Notes under the pieces: generated by a model
Database searches by the model: none
What the model was told of the DNA's origin: nothing
Seen by the model: only the letters and a program-made list of their open reading frames with translations
Program-made: the position numbers and the translations under genes
Part shown: positions 50,158 to 64,000 of the stretch, piece after piece
Layout: each line of letters starts with the position of its first letter
Position numbering within the stretch: the stretch's first letter is position 1
Assembly (NCBI RefSeq): GCF_018977255.1
Contig: NW_024704742.1
Location: forward strand, 94,366,001-94,430,000
Direction: 5' to 3'
Length of the DNA stretch: 64,000 nt
Source: Callorhinchus milii
Taxonomy: Eukaryota

Positions 50158-52199
50158 CACTAGATATAACAATAATGATAATAATAATGATCCCTGCATT
50201 AATATAGAGCCGTATCACGTCTTTGAGACATCTCAAAGCGCTTCACAGAACATATCGCAAAGTCGACTGACTCTATTTTGTCAGCAAAATGCGGCAGCCA
50301 ACTGCGCACAGCAGTGTCCCACAGACAGTCGTGGACTGAGTGACCAAATCATTATTATTATAATAATTATTATATTACAATCAGATGCTAAAGAATTTCT
50401 CAGATACAGATTTGCCTAGCAAACCCTGAGTAGCTCTGGATATCACACAGATGGTCCTGTACAGTTTATATCAGGTGCTCCATGAATATAGTGCACAACA
50501 CATCAAGAGTGGCTATGCATGTGAAAACATCAACACAGTTCTCAAGCACAAAAATCCATACTAATCGTATAAAAGATAGTGAAATTAAGATGCCAACCTT
50601 AATTTGTGTATCTTAAAAAAAAGCATAATGCAATATCCCAATCGAGTTCCGCCAGAATAATTAATTGTTCTTGTTCAAAGTTAGAAGTTTGGTTAAAGTC
50701 AAAGGATTTGTTTTTCCATCTGCATAAAGCCATTTCCATTATATAAATATAATCCATTTCAAGACCCTCAAACTAGTTGCTTCACATAAAGCTGAGAGTT
50801 AACATCATTGACTGAGACCCTGTAGTGGTTCGAGCTTTATACGAATAGGCTACATCTTGTCCTCATATATTATGGGTAAGTAGGTTTTTGTATGTACAAC
50901 CACAACAAGATTACATTTGTATAGCGCCTGTCACGTCGGGAGGACGTCCCAAGGCGCTGTACAGTTAAATATTAATTAACATGAACTATTCAAGTCTGGA
51001 TTTCTAAGAAGAAAATCCCAATTACACAAAGGTTCTCAACAGCCAACAGTCAATTGCATAATTAGATTTTTATCTGAAGCTAACAGGATTATTTCTCTTG
51101 CCCCCCCCCCTTTCTTGTAGAGAAAAACACAAGGAGATAAAACTATACTTTGACGGTTTGTAAAATCAATACTTGCCCTTTTAAATTTCTTCTCCTTTCC
51201 TCCCATAAAATAGTTTTTAAGTGTCAAGAGCTCTCAGCTCACAAACGTTGGCATGTTAGATGGAATTAAAATCCTCTTGTACTCTGCTCCAACCTCATAA
51301 CAAGACCCTCTGTTACACGAGTGTGGCATTTCCTTCCCATGCCTCTGAATCTCATGCACATCCAATGCAATTTATTCCTGAATTCTGGACAGCTTTATGC
51401 TGCCCGCTCACATCCACTGGGAAATTCATTCTAGTTAGGATTTTCCAAGCTATAAAAGGAACATGTACCATATTAGACAGATGGATTCAAGCCTCAACCC
51501 CAGAGCTGGAAGAACAGGATTACAGCCTTTTGTCCAGTCTTCCCATTCACACCGCTTCAATGTTTAATGTTTTTTTTCATAGGCTGTTTTAGAAAGCCGT
51601 ATTTAACAATTTTATAAAAATTACTGAAATACCAAGACGAATGACTTCTAAGAGGTGCATCAACATGCTGCACTCGTCTTCGTGTCCCTGCATGTCACGT
51701 CCAACCAGCCAGCCAATGTCTGCTCAATCAACACTGCAGCAACCCAAGCTTTACAACCTCAGAGTAACAGGCAGTAATGACTACCGCTATACACCATACA
51801 CAGTTGTCTGTGTTTATTGAAACGTTGTAGTACGATTAAACATATACAGTTTCTGGCTATAAAAACAAATGGTCTTTTAATAATAATCCATGGATTTTGA
51901 GTGCTTTCTCCCAATTCTTTACGGTATATTCTGTAAAGTGCTTTGAGATGTCTTGAAGACCCAAGGAAATGCAAGGTATATTTATTATTCTAAACAGGCT
52001 GTATGCCATTCACCCCAGCCCCACACACTACATTATTTGGATCATGCGTACTTTGCATTCATTACTTCAATAATCAACTGAGAACATAAACCTGGATCAT
52101 TTAAAAAATGTTTGTTATATAAAACCCAGTTTATACATTAAATGTTACACAATACGTTTGCACTGATTGTTAGTTGGTTGTTGCATCGATGTCACAGGT

Positions 52200-52565
52200 T
52201 AATATCACAGACACCTAGAAATCCAGAGGAGCCCAGTCAGTGACCCTCTGATGCAGCGTTGAGGGAGTGCTATATTGTTAGCCATTCTCTGGATAAACTG
52301 TGAAACTGATTTCACATCTACCTGTTTAGGTGGACATTAAAGACTTCATGGCGCTACTTGAAAAGAGAAGGGAGCTTTATCTGGTGCCCTGGCCAACAAT
52401 TCCAAATAAAATTGGTCATTCACTTCATGGCTCTTTGTGGGACATTGTTGTGTGCAAATTACCAGCAGGGTTCGCCTAGAAAATATAGTCACTACACTTT
52501 ACATTAATTCCTGTGGAAGCACTTTGACACATCCTCCCAGTGTGATAAGGAGCTATATCAAACAT
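52200..52565 (+). mobile_element. Deu-domain SINE, decayed
   Basis: aggtggacattaaagacttcatggcgctacttgaaaag core plus tail. Confidence 0.65.
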
Positions 52566-52886
52566 AAGGAGCGGCCGAGCTCGAGGACGAGTGTGAGGCA
52601 ATTAACACAGCAGAATTAAGAGTGGAGCTATCAAAGGTAAGAGGTGTCATATGTTAGTTACAATTATGAGAAATTAGAAGCAAGTGTATGGTGTACCTCC
52701 TGATGTATTCCCATTCCCAGCCACAGTGACCTTTTTCCAATTCAAGCCTTATCTCCGATTGCATACATTGGCTAGGAGATGGTTAGTGTATCTGCCAGTT
52801 GCTGTTGGTTATCTCCACTTTATACAACACGGATTAGATTAAGAACAAAAATCTGAGCACAATACATTTTATTACTTCAGTTTGAT

Positions 52887-52931
52887 TGACTTGTACAGAT
52901 ATGTATATGACTTGTACAGATATGTATATGA
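52887..52931. repeat. Perfect 21-nt tandem duplication
   Basis: TGACTTGTACAGATATGTATA twice, plus TGA. Confidence 0.9.
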
Positions 52932-53297
52932 GGACTGTGCAAAGGCTCAGATGTTGAGGTCTAAATTACCTAAAACTTTTTTCTAAAAAANCAAACTTCT
53001 TCCAACAAAGAGCGAGTTTTAAGTGATTTAAAAAATACAAAGAATTGTATTAGGCATGGACTGCCCTACAACATATAGTGGTTCAAGCTTCAAGCATTAA
53101 TAGTTTTTAAAAGGAAATCAAGACAAATATTTGAAAAAGAAAAATATAAAAGGGCATGGGGAATAGGCAGGGGAGTAGGACTGCAAGGGTAGCCAGGAGT
53201 AACACGATGGGCAAAATGGCCTCTAACTGCTGTAAAATTCTATGATTTTAAAGAGACTAACATGACAATTGAATCAAGTCTGTAACACTGAAACGTA

Positions 53298-54010
53298 TCA
53301 AAGTGCTTCAAAGGTTCTTCCTGTCAAGTATGGCGATGATTTTAATAGGCAAATGAAGCAGCTACTTTGAGCACAGCACATTCCACAAATAGTTGTTAAG
53401 GCGAATGACAAATTAATGAGGAGAATTGTTGGCCAGGACCCAAGGAGAAACTCCCTCCTCATTTCAAATAGTGCCACTGGATCTTTAATGTACACTGCAA
53501 CAGGCAAATTGGACTTCAATATCTCATCTGAAGGACACCGCTGATGCTCCCTCGGTGATATAATGAAGCACACGTGTGGACACCCGGCGTAAATGCAAGT
53601 TGTTGCTGTTGTTGACTCTGGGCTCAAGTCATGACATACGGCTTGAACTCAGCCTGTTGACTCAAGAGACAAAATACTAACCGTTGCATTTGATACAGCT
53701 CGTTATCATATTGTTGAGACATTCTCAAAGGCCTTCACTGGAATTGATGTAAAATGTAATGATTTTGTGTATTTTGAAGGCGAACAAGCCAATTCACGCA
53801 CAGCAATATCCCAATAGCAAACATCAATGAAAGTAATGACCAAAGCAAGGTCAGGACACTAAGAGAAACTCCCTTCACTTTTCAAATAGTGCTGTGGGAT
53901 CTTTATTGTCCACCTGAAAAGGCATAGATGGAACCTCAGTTCAACGCCACGTCTGAAGGATGGCATCTCTGATAATGTAGCTTTCCCCCAACACTGCACT
54001 GGAGTTTTGA
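53298..54010 (-). mobile_element. Two tandem decayed Deu-domain SINEs
   Basis: Core ttcagatgagatattgaag / ttcagacgtggcgttgaactgaggt and taaagatccca.tggcactatttgaaa each occur twice. Confidence 0.62.
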
Positions 54011-54545
54011 AGACAATGAGTCAGAGGTGGTGGCAAAATAACATCTTTCCTTTCAAGGCTGTCACGATGAAGATACCAGAGTAGTTGAGGCAGGTTGGGA
54101 ACCTACCGTGCTCAGCTCCCAGTCTGTGTGGAAAGGTACTGAGTGAAAGCTGGACAGGAATCGCTCTGTCTACCACCTCCATGTGGTTAGTTGGAAGGGA
54201 AGGGAAGAGAAAATTGGAGTATAGTTCTTCAAATGATCAAACTAGTAGTTGAAGGCTTAAACCACTAGTTTTTTTTAAAAAAATCAAAAACAAGGCACAT
54301 GAATATTATAAAAGACATCGTAATATTTGCAGAGCGACATCAGAATGCTGTCCAATGGTTCTTTGGTATTGTCTTAAAGCAAATATTTGCACTGTAGTTT
54401 TTGTGGTTATAAAATTGGTACTAATACCATGAAATATTCTGGCCAGCCTCACACAACCCTTCTGTGAACTGGGCTGCCCTGCTGTGAAAATGTAAATGGA
54501 GCATCTGTCTTTGTTATGCGATTACCATAGTAATCCCTCAGTGAC

Positions 54546-54995
54546 AGCCAGGTTCAGTTGGCAGCACTCTCACCTTTGAATCAAAAAGTTGTGGGTTCAA
54601 GCCCACAGTCTAGGCTGCAAATCTAATGCAATCCTATGGGTGTGATGCATTGTCAGATGTGCCATCCTTCAGATGAGACGTTAAATTGAGGTCACTTCTT
54701 CCTGTTCAGATGGACATTAAAGATCCTGTGGCACTATTCGATAATAGAAGGGAGTGCTCCCAGTGTCATGGCCAACAATCCCCCAAATAAAATTAATCAC
54801 TCACTTCATGGCCGTTTGCAGGACATTGCTGAGCACAAAATTGGCTGCTGCATTCACCCACAAAATAATAATAATCCTTGCATTTGATGGAGTACTTTAT
54901 CTTATTGCCGAGACATCTCAAATAGTCTCATTACACGTTGCAATAAAATCCTGTGAAGGGCTTTGAGACATTCTCTCAACGTGAAAGGCGCTATA
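54546..54995 (+). mobile_element. Deu-domain SINE
   Basis: ccaggttcagttggcagcactctc head; tcagatgagacgttaaattgaggtc...ggacattaaagatcctgtggcactattcga core. Confidence 0.8.
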
Positions 54996-56659
54996 TCAGA
55001 TTATTAATGATCGATATTCAGCGTTACACCAAACAGCACTTATGTCTCACAGGCCGGCAACAGAAAATTCAATTAGGGCACTGGTACAAGTCTAATATTC
55101 ATATTGCTCCGTCACTAGGTGAGACAGTTTATGCAGCAAACACTACACCTTTAATCTCTAATTGTTTGGTGTCATTAATATGCCCCAGTATTCATTACAT
55201 CAAAATAATGCTGGAGGATTTCAATGACGGGGTTGTGATCAGCACTTCTGAGCTGCTTTGTGAATTACAATAGACTTCCAGCAGACTTCTTTTTAAAAAA
55301 TTTTGCAGCAAAACTCTTTTTGAAAAAAAACAAACAACAAATTAAAAATGAATTTATATTCTTAATTTGTTTTCGACCTAATTCTTACACAAAATATTTT
55401 TGCTCCAGACTCATCCTGAAGGTGGCGCTTCGTGCAGTTCTGTGAGCACCAAATGGTTACATGCTTGTTCTTAATACAAGATGACCCTGTTAGATCAGAC
55501 TTTTGGGTCCATCTAATTAGACCCTGTGTTACAACAGGACTGAGCAAAGACAACAGCCACTGAGCCTGCTTCTCAGTTGATATCACTCCCAGTTCCTGGT
55601 ACAGACTGGCTGCTTCCTGCGTGCTAGAAATGTGCACAAGACCAGTTGGAGCTGACTAGCTGGCTTCCTGCGTACTGTTCACATGCTCAATAAGTGAGCT
55701 TGTCTACCCCAGGAGGCAGCAAGTTATCCCCACTTCCTGAACACAGGACACCTGAGTTATAATAATAATAATAATCCTTGCCTTTGATATAGTGCTTTTC
55801 ACGTCTTCCAGATGTCTCAAAGCGTTTCACAGATTATACTGTAAAGTGAATTGATTATATATTATCAGTGGCCTCACGTGAGGTGCGTTATAGCAGGAGT
55901 TAGTGAAGGGCAGTATCACAGCTGAATTGATCCCTTCCTCACCTGAACTTCCCACATACACAGCAAACCTGCACATTCCAACCTTGGACTCCGTGTAATG
56001 CACCAGGGCAATGTACCAGCCACTCCCCAATATCTGGCAAATTCAATGTTAATAAATGCACTGATTTTAACAAAAGCTGCATCCAACGATTTTGTTGGGT
56101 TGCAAAAAAAAAAGGCAGAATTTGAATGGAAAATTCATTCAATTTATTTTCTTATGAAACTTTCTAATAGTTTATTTAATCACTGGCAGATTAAGTGCAG
56201 CTTCCATAGATGATTACATTTGTTGGCTTTCTCCCTTCCTTAAGCCTCCTTCCTGAATGCCCCCAGAAGAGAAGTTCAAATGGCCAGAAGTAAAGTTCTA
56301 TTTTTATTTTTAATAGTGGAATACAGGCCTAAGTCTGTCAAAGAGACAACAATGCCACACTCTGCAGTTTGGCAAGTCTAAATGTCACTTTGAGGATTGA
56401 TCACCTTGATAAGAGTTCAGGATAGGGTTGGGTGTGGGGGGGTGGGAGAGAAAGCTCACACCTGGAGCCAACATCCGGTGCCTCATCAGCCAGTGAAGCT
56501 TTTCACATAAAAAAACACAGGTGAAAATCAGGTCAGAAGGCTTGAGGGGAAAAACAGAAACTGAAGAGGTCATTCTGTGTAATCACGAAAGCTTAATAGA
56601 GGAGCTTAATAAACTACCAGGAAAGAAATATAAAATGTTGTTTTGACTTCAAACAGAAT

Positions 56660-57184
56660 TAGACATTGAAACTCAGCAGGTGTACACTCATGCTTTTGAG
56701 ATTGTACAAATCCCCTCATGCCCTAGCACCTCCCGATCTCTTCCCCCCCCCATTCCACAACAACTTCGCTCAGTTGGCTCTGGCCTCCAGCACGTCCCTT
56801 GTCTCCTCGACTCCACCACTGACAACCATGCTTTCAGCCACTACCCTCCAGAATTATGGAACTCCCTGCCTCAATCCTACTGCCTTGCCCATCTTCAGAT
56901 CGTACCTAAAGACCTTCCTATTCAATCATGCTTACAGTCACCTCCCCCATCTCGAGATCAAGCTTCACCAATGTTGGGCTCTGGAACTCCCTTCCTCACT
57001 CCCTTCGCCTCACCCCCTCTCTTCCTATTTTCAGGTCTCGGCTGAAGACCTTTCTTTTCGACCGCGCCTTTGGTCACCTTCCTCCCCCTCCCCCTGGCTC
57101 GGCCCCGGGAACCATTACTGTGAAGCGCTCTGAGACACAGTCCGGCGTGGTGGGCGCTATATAAATCCAAGTTGTTGTTGTTGC
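56660..57184 (+). mobile_element. L2-clade LINE 3' fragments (two tandem 3' ends)
   Basis: LWNSLP...FRSxLKTFLF motif present twice; tail gcgctatataaatccaagttgttgttg. Confidence 0.8.
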
Positions 57185-58562
57185 TATCTTTTCTTGAGAG
57201 TTATGGAACACTTGCTTGCACACTACCTGCCTTAACACTCAATTTCTCTCCATTGACATTTTAAATTAATGCTAGCTTGAAATAAAATTACACGTCAAAA
57301 CAATAAAGCAGCCCATTCAAATGTTTTTTTGTGGGTGGAAGAGGGGCTGAAGAAAGAGTAATGATATCTGTATAAGGACAGCTCTCTACCAGATCCTCAG
57401 TCATAGGTCGTGCTTCGATATAGCTCTTTGCACTATTATTAGGCTTTGTAGAAGCAACTCCAGCAGGGTTTTGTTTAAAACACTCAGCATATTGAATCAG
57501 ATCTGACCAACAACCATTGTAAATAAAAAAGCACAAATATTAACTTGACATGAATGTATTGACTTACATATGCACAAACACCCTCCCTTGATTAAATTTA
57601 TTTTTAAACAATAGAGTACATAAACACTCAACGCTCTCATTGCAATAATGGCATATCATGTGGTATAATTATTTAGATTCACTGCACAAAAAGCTTTTAC
57701 TAGGGCAAGCTGTACATAGTGTACTGCTAGAGTCTAACCAGATAAAACCACATAGCTTACCATTGTGAGCACTGGCAAGCTTCCCGCTGCTTGTTCAGCT
57801 AGGACCACTTTACCTATTAGGGCTTTGGCTTGCAGAGTTAATGGGAAGCATGTCTGCTTCTCTAAGTGCTGCCAATCGACAAGGACCAGGCTGGCTGGTC
57901 TGTGCATCTGCAGTGCAGGTCTGGCAATATGAACCAATGAATAAGAGATTTGGGGCAATTTTAATAGAATATAGTAAAAGGAGGATCTTGGTTTGCTCAT
58001 TATTGTATTCTAGATTCAGAATCCTTATCCTAATATTCATCCACTGATCACTCAGACAGTCACCAAAGGGATAACCTGGGGGAAATCATCAGAAGTAGGA
58101 GGCGGGGGAGGATGGAAGAAGTTTTCTGTTACACAGAGGGTGGTTAGATGACTTTTCACAAATGAAGCTGAGCTGAGAGGGAATGGGATTAGGGTATATA
58201 GCTCCAGCACAGGAGTTAGCACCAGCGCAGAGGTGAAGGGTGACAGGCCATTTCTGTGTTGTAAATATTCTACAATAATAGCTCACCACGTTGTGTCTTG
58301 CATTCAGGTAGAATTAGCTGGAAGCAACCAAAGAACCTTGTAGACAACCATTATATTTCAGTCAGAACGATTTCTAATCTGGAACTATAATAAAAGCCAA
58401 GCTAGCTTTTCTTGGTGATCGCAACAAACCCACTAATTGGAGATTTTGATTTCTTTCCCCTTCTAATAGCAGGATCCAAGGGATCAAATCTGGGACCTTC
58501 CTGTCAGTGAGGCTCAGTTTTACACTGAATGGAGTCTACCAGCTAAACCAATCATTTCTTTT

Positions 58563-58822
58563 TTTTTGGTCAATTGGGTGTCAGACACATTCGGAAACCC
58601 ATCACCATGCTTAAGCATATCCAAACCGAGAATTATATGCATCCCACCTACACATGGAAATTCCAGAGATAGATTATTGGAATGGAATGCACAATCTCTC
58701 CCTGGAGGGACGTATCTTGCTTACCTAATTCCAGAAAATATTAGGCACTCATTGGCAAGAGTCAAGACTTGGGGACCTGAGAGTGTACGTTGGGGTACTG
58801 CTGGAGTCTAACCAGCTAAACC
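58563..58822 (-). repeat. Unclassified dispersed repeat, copy 2
   Basis: Shared blocks gaaacccatcaccatgcttaa, ccacctacacatggaaatt, tgcttacctaattcc and gtactgctggagt. Confidence 0.75.
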
Positions 58823-58877
58823 TCATAGGTTGTCATCGATGTAAAACATGCATCTAGGTTTCTTATTTCTGAAATGT

Positions 58878-59130
58878 CAAAAGTTGAGGAAGAACTGCTT
58901 CACTCAAAGGGTGGTGAATATATGGAACTCACTACCCCAAAGGGTTGTTGACGCTCAGTCCTTGAACATATTCAAGACTGAGATAGATTTCTTATTGCAA
59001 AAGGTATTAAGAGATATGGGGATAAGGCAGGGTTAGGTTATTAGCTGGAGTTAGATGAGAAGATCAGCCATGATTGAATGGCGGGGCAGGCTCAAAGGGC
59101 CGAATGGCCTACTCCTGCTCCTACATGTTA
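58878..59130 (+). mobile_element. CR1-clade LINE 3' fragment
   Basis: RKNCFTQRVVNIWNSLPQRVVDAQSLNIFKTEID followed by the CR1 3' UTR. Confidence 0.85.
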
Positions 59131-59669
59131 TGTCAAATCCAGAGTGATTTAGTAAATTACTTTGGTTACGGTTAAGGTTAGAAGTGGCAAATCGAGGGGT
59201 TAATGAGCCTAATCCCATGCAGAAAATAGCATCTTAAAAAGCCAATTGCCACATTTTTAAAGGAATAGAACAGAAAGAATGCAGCTAGATATCAAATGCC
59301 ACCAATTCTCTACTAAAAATGAAAGCCTGCTTTCCTTCAACTAAGCCATTTTATGAGCAATTCAGAAGGCACAAAGAGTTACCAATTCCAACACAATTTT
59401 ACTTGGGGGAAATATTTGCAACTGGTTTAGTCAATGCTCAGCACAAGAATATGTCACATTTTCCACACTTCACTTCTCACGAGATAAAGCAGGAGCTTCC
59501 CCTCATTAAACGTTCGAGTTCAGTTGCCATCTGTGCATTTTGTGCCAAATTGCACATAACAAGCTCTGAGTGAAATATGAATGGCTCCCAGTAAATACGC
59601 TGAGCCACTGGATGTCACCCCTTATAAATGAAAGTTAACCGACCTTGAAAAAAAAGTAAATTTTACTTA

Positions 59670-59978
<309 letters not shown>

Positions 59979-60176
59979 TTAAGGAATATACTGTAAAGTG
60001 AATTGACTATATTTTGTGGGTGAAATTGTGTGCAATACTCGCACAGATATCTGCAATCCAGGCAGAACTATGAACTCTATACACCTGAACCCACCAGCTG
60101 GCAGCACAAAAAGGAAGAGGCAAATATGTTGTGTAGCAATGAAGTGAAAGCATCTTTTAGTTTTCTTTTGGGAGAA

Positions 60177-60614
60177 TAATTAATAATAATAATCATCATC
60201 GCATTTGAAATAGCACTTATGCAGTTCCCAACATCTCAAAGCCCTACACAAAGTTTCTGCAAAGTGAAATGACTGTGTATTTGTGGACAAACAGAGCAGT
60301 CAATTTGTACACAGCATGGTCCCACAAATAGCCATTAATTGAATAACTAATTTCATCTGGAGAACAGTTGGGTTGGACACAGAGAGAAACTCCATTGCCT
60401 TTTCAAATAACATCATGGGATCTGTTAACACCCACCTGAACAGGCAGATGGGATTTTGGTTAAACGTCTCATCCAAAGCACCGCATCTCTGACAATGCCA
60501 CAAATCCCAGCAATACACTGGTGTGTCAGCCTATGTACTCAAAGTCCTAATGGAGAGGTTAAACATCCAACCTTCTGATTCAGAGGAAAGTGTGCTACCA
60601 ACTGAGCCAGGCTG
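60177..60614 (-). mobile_element. Deu-domain SINE
   Basis: Head cagcctggctcagttggtagcac; core ttggatgagacgtttaacc; (TTA)n tail. Confidence 0.78.
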
Positions 60615-61539
60615 AAAAAACAGACAAATGCATGTCTGTACTCTTTTACAGCATTCACTTTGAATGATAATTCAAATATTTCACCTTTTACTTCCAATAA
60701 TGGGTACTTTGCAATAAACTTTTAAATGGACTCACAGATCAGATAGAATTAGTTGAGTCAGGGTAAGTGGTATCTGTGAGTGTGAGACTGTAGGATCAGT
60801 GGTTGTTAAAAAATCCCATGAGCCTATTTGAAAAGGCAATGGAGTTTCTATTGTGTCCTACCCAACAGTTCTCCAGATGAAATTAGTTATTCAATTCATG
60901 AACGAGGTCATTCAGCCCATCGAGTCTGTTCTAGTTTTACATCTTGTCAGGTATTTTAATCTCAATGCCCCACCCATTTGCCATATCCCTCGATATCTCT
61001 ATTACCCAAGTTTTGCACCATTTCTCATTTTACATCTCTGCTGATTATGTCTCTTCCGATTTCTGGGCCAGAACAGTCAATAGTTTCTCAACAAGAATCT
61101 ACATAACGTCTTGCATATCGGGAGGATGTCTCAGAGCGCTTCACACAATTAACCAAGTGAGTTCACACACACATCCTTCTGTGTGAAGAAATGCTTCCTG
61201 ACCTTAGTTCTCAGTATTGGTTCTCATTTTAAACCTATCTCTGATGCACATTAAATGAAATGATTTATGTGGGTTGGTTGCCTTTAACCACAAAGCCAAA
61301 ATTCAAGCACAGATTGTAGATTCTTAACACAGTGCAAAACAAAATATTCACAATTTGCATCTAAACCACTCAATATTTCAAGCGAAATGCTTTGCTTACA
61401 GGTACAGTTATCCTGCAACATAAAACAGTTTTGCTAATTTTGGTAAAGTAGTGTTCAATTTGCAAAAACACTGGGTTCTTTAAAGTTTATTTCATAAACC
61501 AGCAATGCTAAAGTTCCCATAACCAAAGATACTCTAAGC

Positions 61540-61689
61540 CTGCGGTGGCCAACCTGTGGCCCACGGGGCTGTCAAAAAGCAGCCCCTCCCCAAACCATTC
61601 TCACTCGTCTAGGTACGTCTGTGCTCGATGGCGTAAATCAAGAAATATTCAATCAAGAAAATGTATTTTGTTGGGCAACCTTATCACTG
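61540..61689. mobile_element. Probable hAT MITE
   Basis: Left end ctgcggtggccaacctgtggcccacggg, right end ...tcactg; 8-bp flanks CTCTAAGC and TTCTAAGG. Confidence 0.5.
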
Positions 61690-61706
61690 TTCTAAGGTAA
61701 GATTGT

Positions 61707-62060
61707 TAGCCAGGTTCAGTTTGTGGCACTCTTGAATCTGGGATGAAACTTTTATTTTCAAGCCTGTGACAGGACTTTGAGCTCAACACCTAAGATCACT
61801 GACAATCTAGGTCAGTGCTGAAGAAGTGATGCATTGTCAGAGATACAGTCCTTTGGATGAGATCTTAAACTGAGGCTTCATTAGTCTTCTCAGATAGATC
61901 TTATGGCATTATTTGAAAAGAGAAGAGAAGGTAGTTTCAATATCTGTGACAAAAATCCTCCAGATAAATTGGTAATTTGCTTCATGGCTGTCCTTCACAT
62001 TGTGACGTGTGCAATTGACTACTGTGTTTTCCTACAAATACACACAACAAATGCACTTCA
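61707..62060 (+). mobile_element. Deu-domain SINE, decayed
   Basis: ccaggttcagtttgtggcact head; tttggatgagatcttaaactgagg core. Confidence 0.65.
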
Positions 62061-64000
62061 CCTTACTACAAGATGTTTTAATATTATAAGCACTATACTA
62101 AGTGCATGGGTTACCATAATTATTAATATTATTATAATCTCCCCAGCTGGTTAACTGTGCCTTACTTGTGCACAAATCCCAAGAACGAGTAGAAGGCACT
62201 AGCAACAAACAGAGAGACTTCTACAGAAGAACAATTTTTAATTCCTGGCATTATGTCACCTCATGATGCACCTTCCTTGCAATTGTACATTCCTGTGTGG
62301 GAACACCTCTGCCATTCACAGAATAGCACCATTCTTAAAACTCCTTACATCACAATGCTGAACCCGTATCAGTTTTACTGATAATAAGATCCACCAGTTA
62401 AACTGAATTATAGATTTTCTCTTCGGGCAATTATTACGGCCAATATTTTCCATGAGATGACCTCTGTCCTTCTGCTCCCCTCCCCTAATCTCCCTCACCC
62501 ACCCCCTTTAGCCCAACATAAATCAATGGCTTTTAGGTTCAAGACATTAATGGCAGTAGCGTGAGCTCTGTTAATTTTAATTTTGCACGAACATCCTTGG
62601 GTGGTTTAAAGCCCTTGCAGACATTGCGCCATTTATTAACATCTATATTTACTTCCATGGTGTCTGCAGTATATTTGCATAAAACAGTTCAGCACTGCAG
62701 TTTCCTACACAACACTGGGCACCTTTTTAAATAAGATTACATTTCCTTCTTGTCGGGTGGGGGAAAAAAAAGAAAAGAACAACATCCCCTTTAAGAGGTG
62801 ATGATGTAGGATTGTCATTCTCTCAGGAAGGTATATTAAGTCAATCCCAACACACAGAACCTCTAAAGGAGAACAGCAAAGGGCTCGGCCAGCATGGAAT
62901 AGGACCATCCGACAGACATCGCATCAGGAGCTCTTCCCCTGACACAACCTAAGAGTGCTGTATTTCCATACATATCCCTATAGGTGGCACCGGGGGGGCT
63001 TTTCATTGCACAGTTTAACTGTGGTGAGTGCTAATTGCACTGGGTTCATTCACTCCCTTGAGCTCCACTGAGTGAATTCTAGTGGCCCAAGAACTTTGAA
63101 TCAAGAATTGTTGTATTAAAGAGCCTCTAATATAAACAAACCCACTTATTTTATAACTTAAAAATAAACACCCGATTTTGATATTCTGCTCACGCGTCTC
63201 TTGCCAGTTGAAATGAAAGCATTGTTTAATCTGCAAGATATCAAACACAGAATAGATTGCATAAAGTAGTGATGCTTGAAAGCACTCATACCTTAAGCAT
63301 AAAAGCAGTCCAGTGGTTAACTAAACCTTGATGCTGTGGAGTCCACATTTACTTTGCAATGCTTTTGTTTTCTTCCCCACCCCCTTGATTTAACGCACAG
63401 GCTGTGGCAGGCTGTAATAGGTCAGTGATAATAAATAATAATAATCTCTCCATTTTATATCGTAACTATAATGTCAAAAATGGCTCTTTACAGTCATTAC
63501 TGTTAAATGTGATATCTACATATTTGTAGGCGAATGCAGCAGCCAATTTGCACAAAGTGATGTTAACAGCCAGAAGATGAATTACTAATTAACAGTAGAT
63601 TCCTGTTATAAGGTGGTAGCAGGGCTCCATGTAATTCCAGCTCATCTTATAACTCGTGGGTCAAGAACGTCATGACTTCACCGATCTCACGACAGGTGTC
63701 ATCCCTTCCAAGCCAGTCGGCTGCGTCTCTCACGCAGCGTGCTTGAAATCCTATTGTCACATTTCAAAATGGGTCATCGCCCAATGAACCATTTTGAATA
63801 GAAACATCGGGATTTCAAGCGTGATTTAAAGTCCGATGACAGATTTAAATGTTGGGATTTTGGATGTTTGGGTAACAAAATGTCAGCGACCACAACCAAA
63901 AATCGCTTTATAAGCAAACTCGGATGCATTAAGCAAACAAAGTGCATTATAACTGGATTCTACTGTATTTGGAGGATTGCTGGCCACAACACTGGGAGAA

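Overview
Vertebrate genomic DNA, probably from a cartilaginous fish (inferred from the mix of CR1 and L2 LINE fragments, Deu-domain SINEs, LF-SINE-like relics and a tRNA/L2-tailed SINE). The whole window lies inside one minus-strand gene, DAPK1 (death-associated protein kinase 1). I traced 20 consecutive GT-AG coding exons from 59892 down to 1138 (2549 nt). They join into one open reading frame, and their lengths match human DAPK1 exons 3-22 as I recall them. They encode most of the kinase domain, the Ca2+/calmodulin autoregulatory segment, the ankyrin repeats and the N-terminal part of the ROC GTPase domain. The start-codon exon lies beyond the right edge; the remaining ROC-COR and death-domain exons lie beyond the left edge. 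Introns are dense with decayed transposons. I see no convincing novel multi-gene system. The best leads are regulatory: (1) a candidate 36-nt in-frame cassette exon behind a ~160-nt AG-free UC-rich tract in the ROC region; (2) near-identical inverted SINEs bracketing the CaM-autoinhibitory exon; (3) a perfect 31-bp hairpin inside an unclassified repeat; (4) local direct and inverted duplications; (5) SINE tails lying in the branch-point zones of two exons; (6) a Gly-to-Asp change in the kinase PFLG motif.
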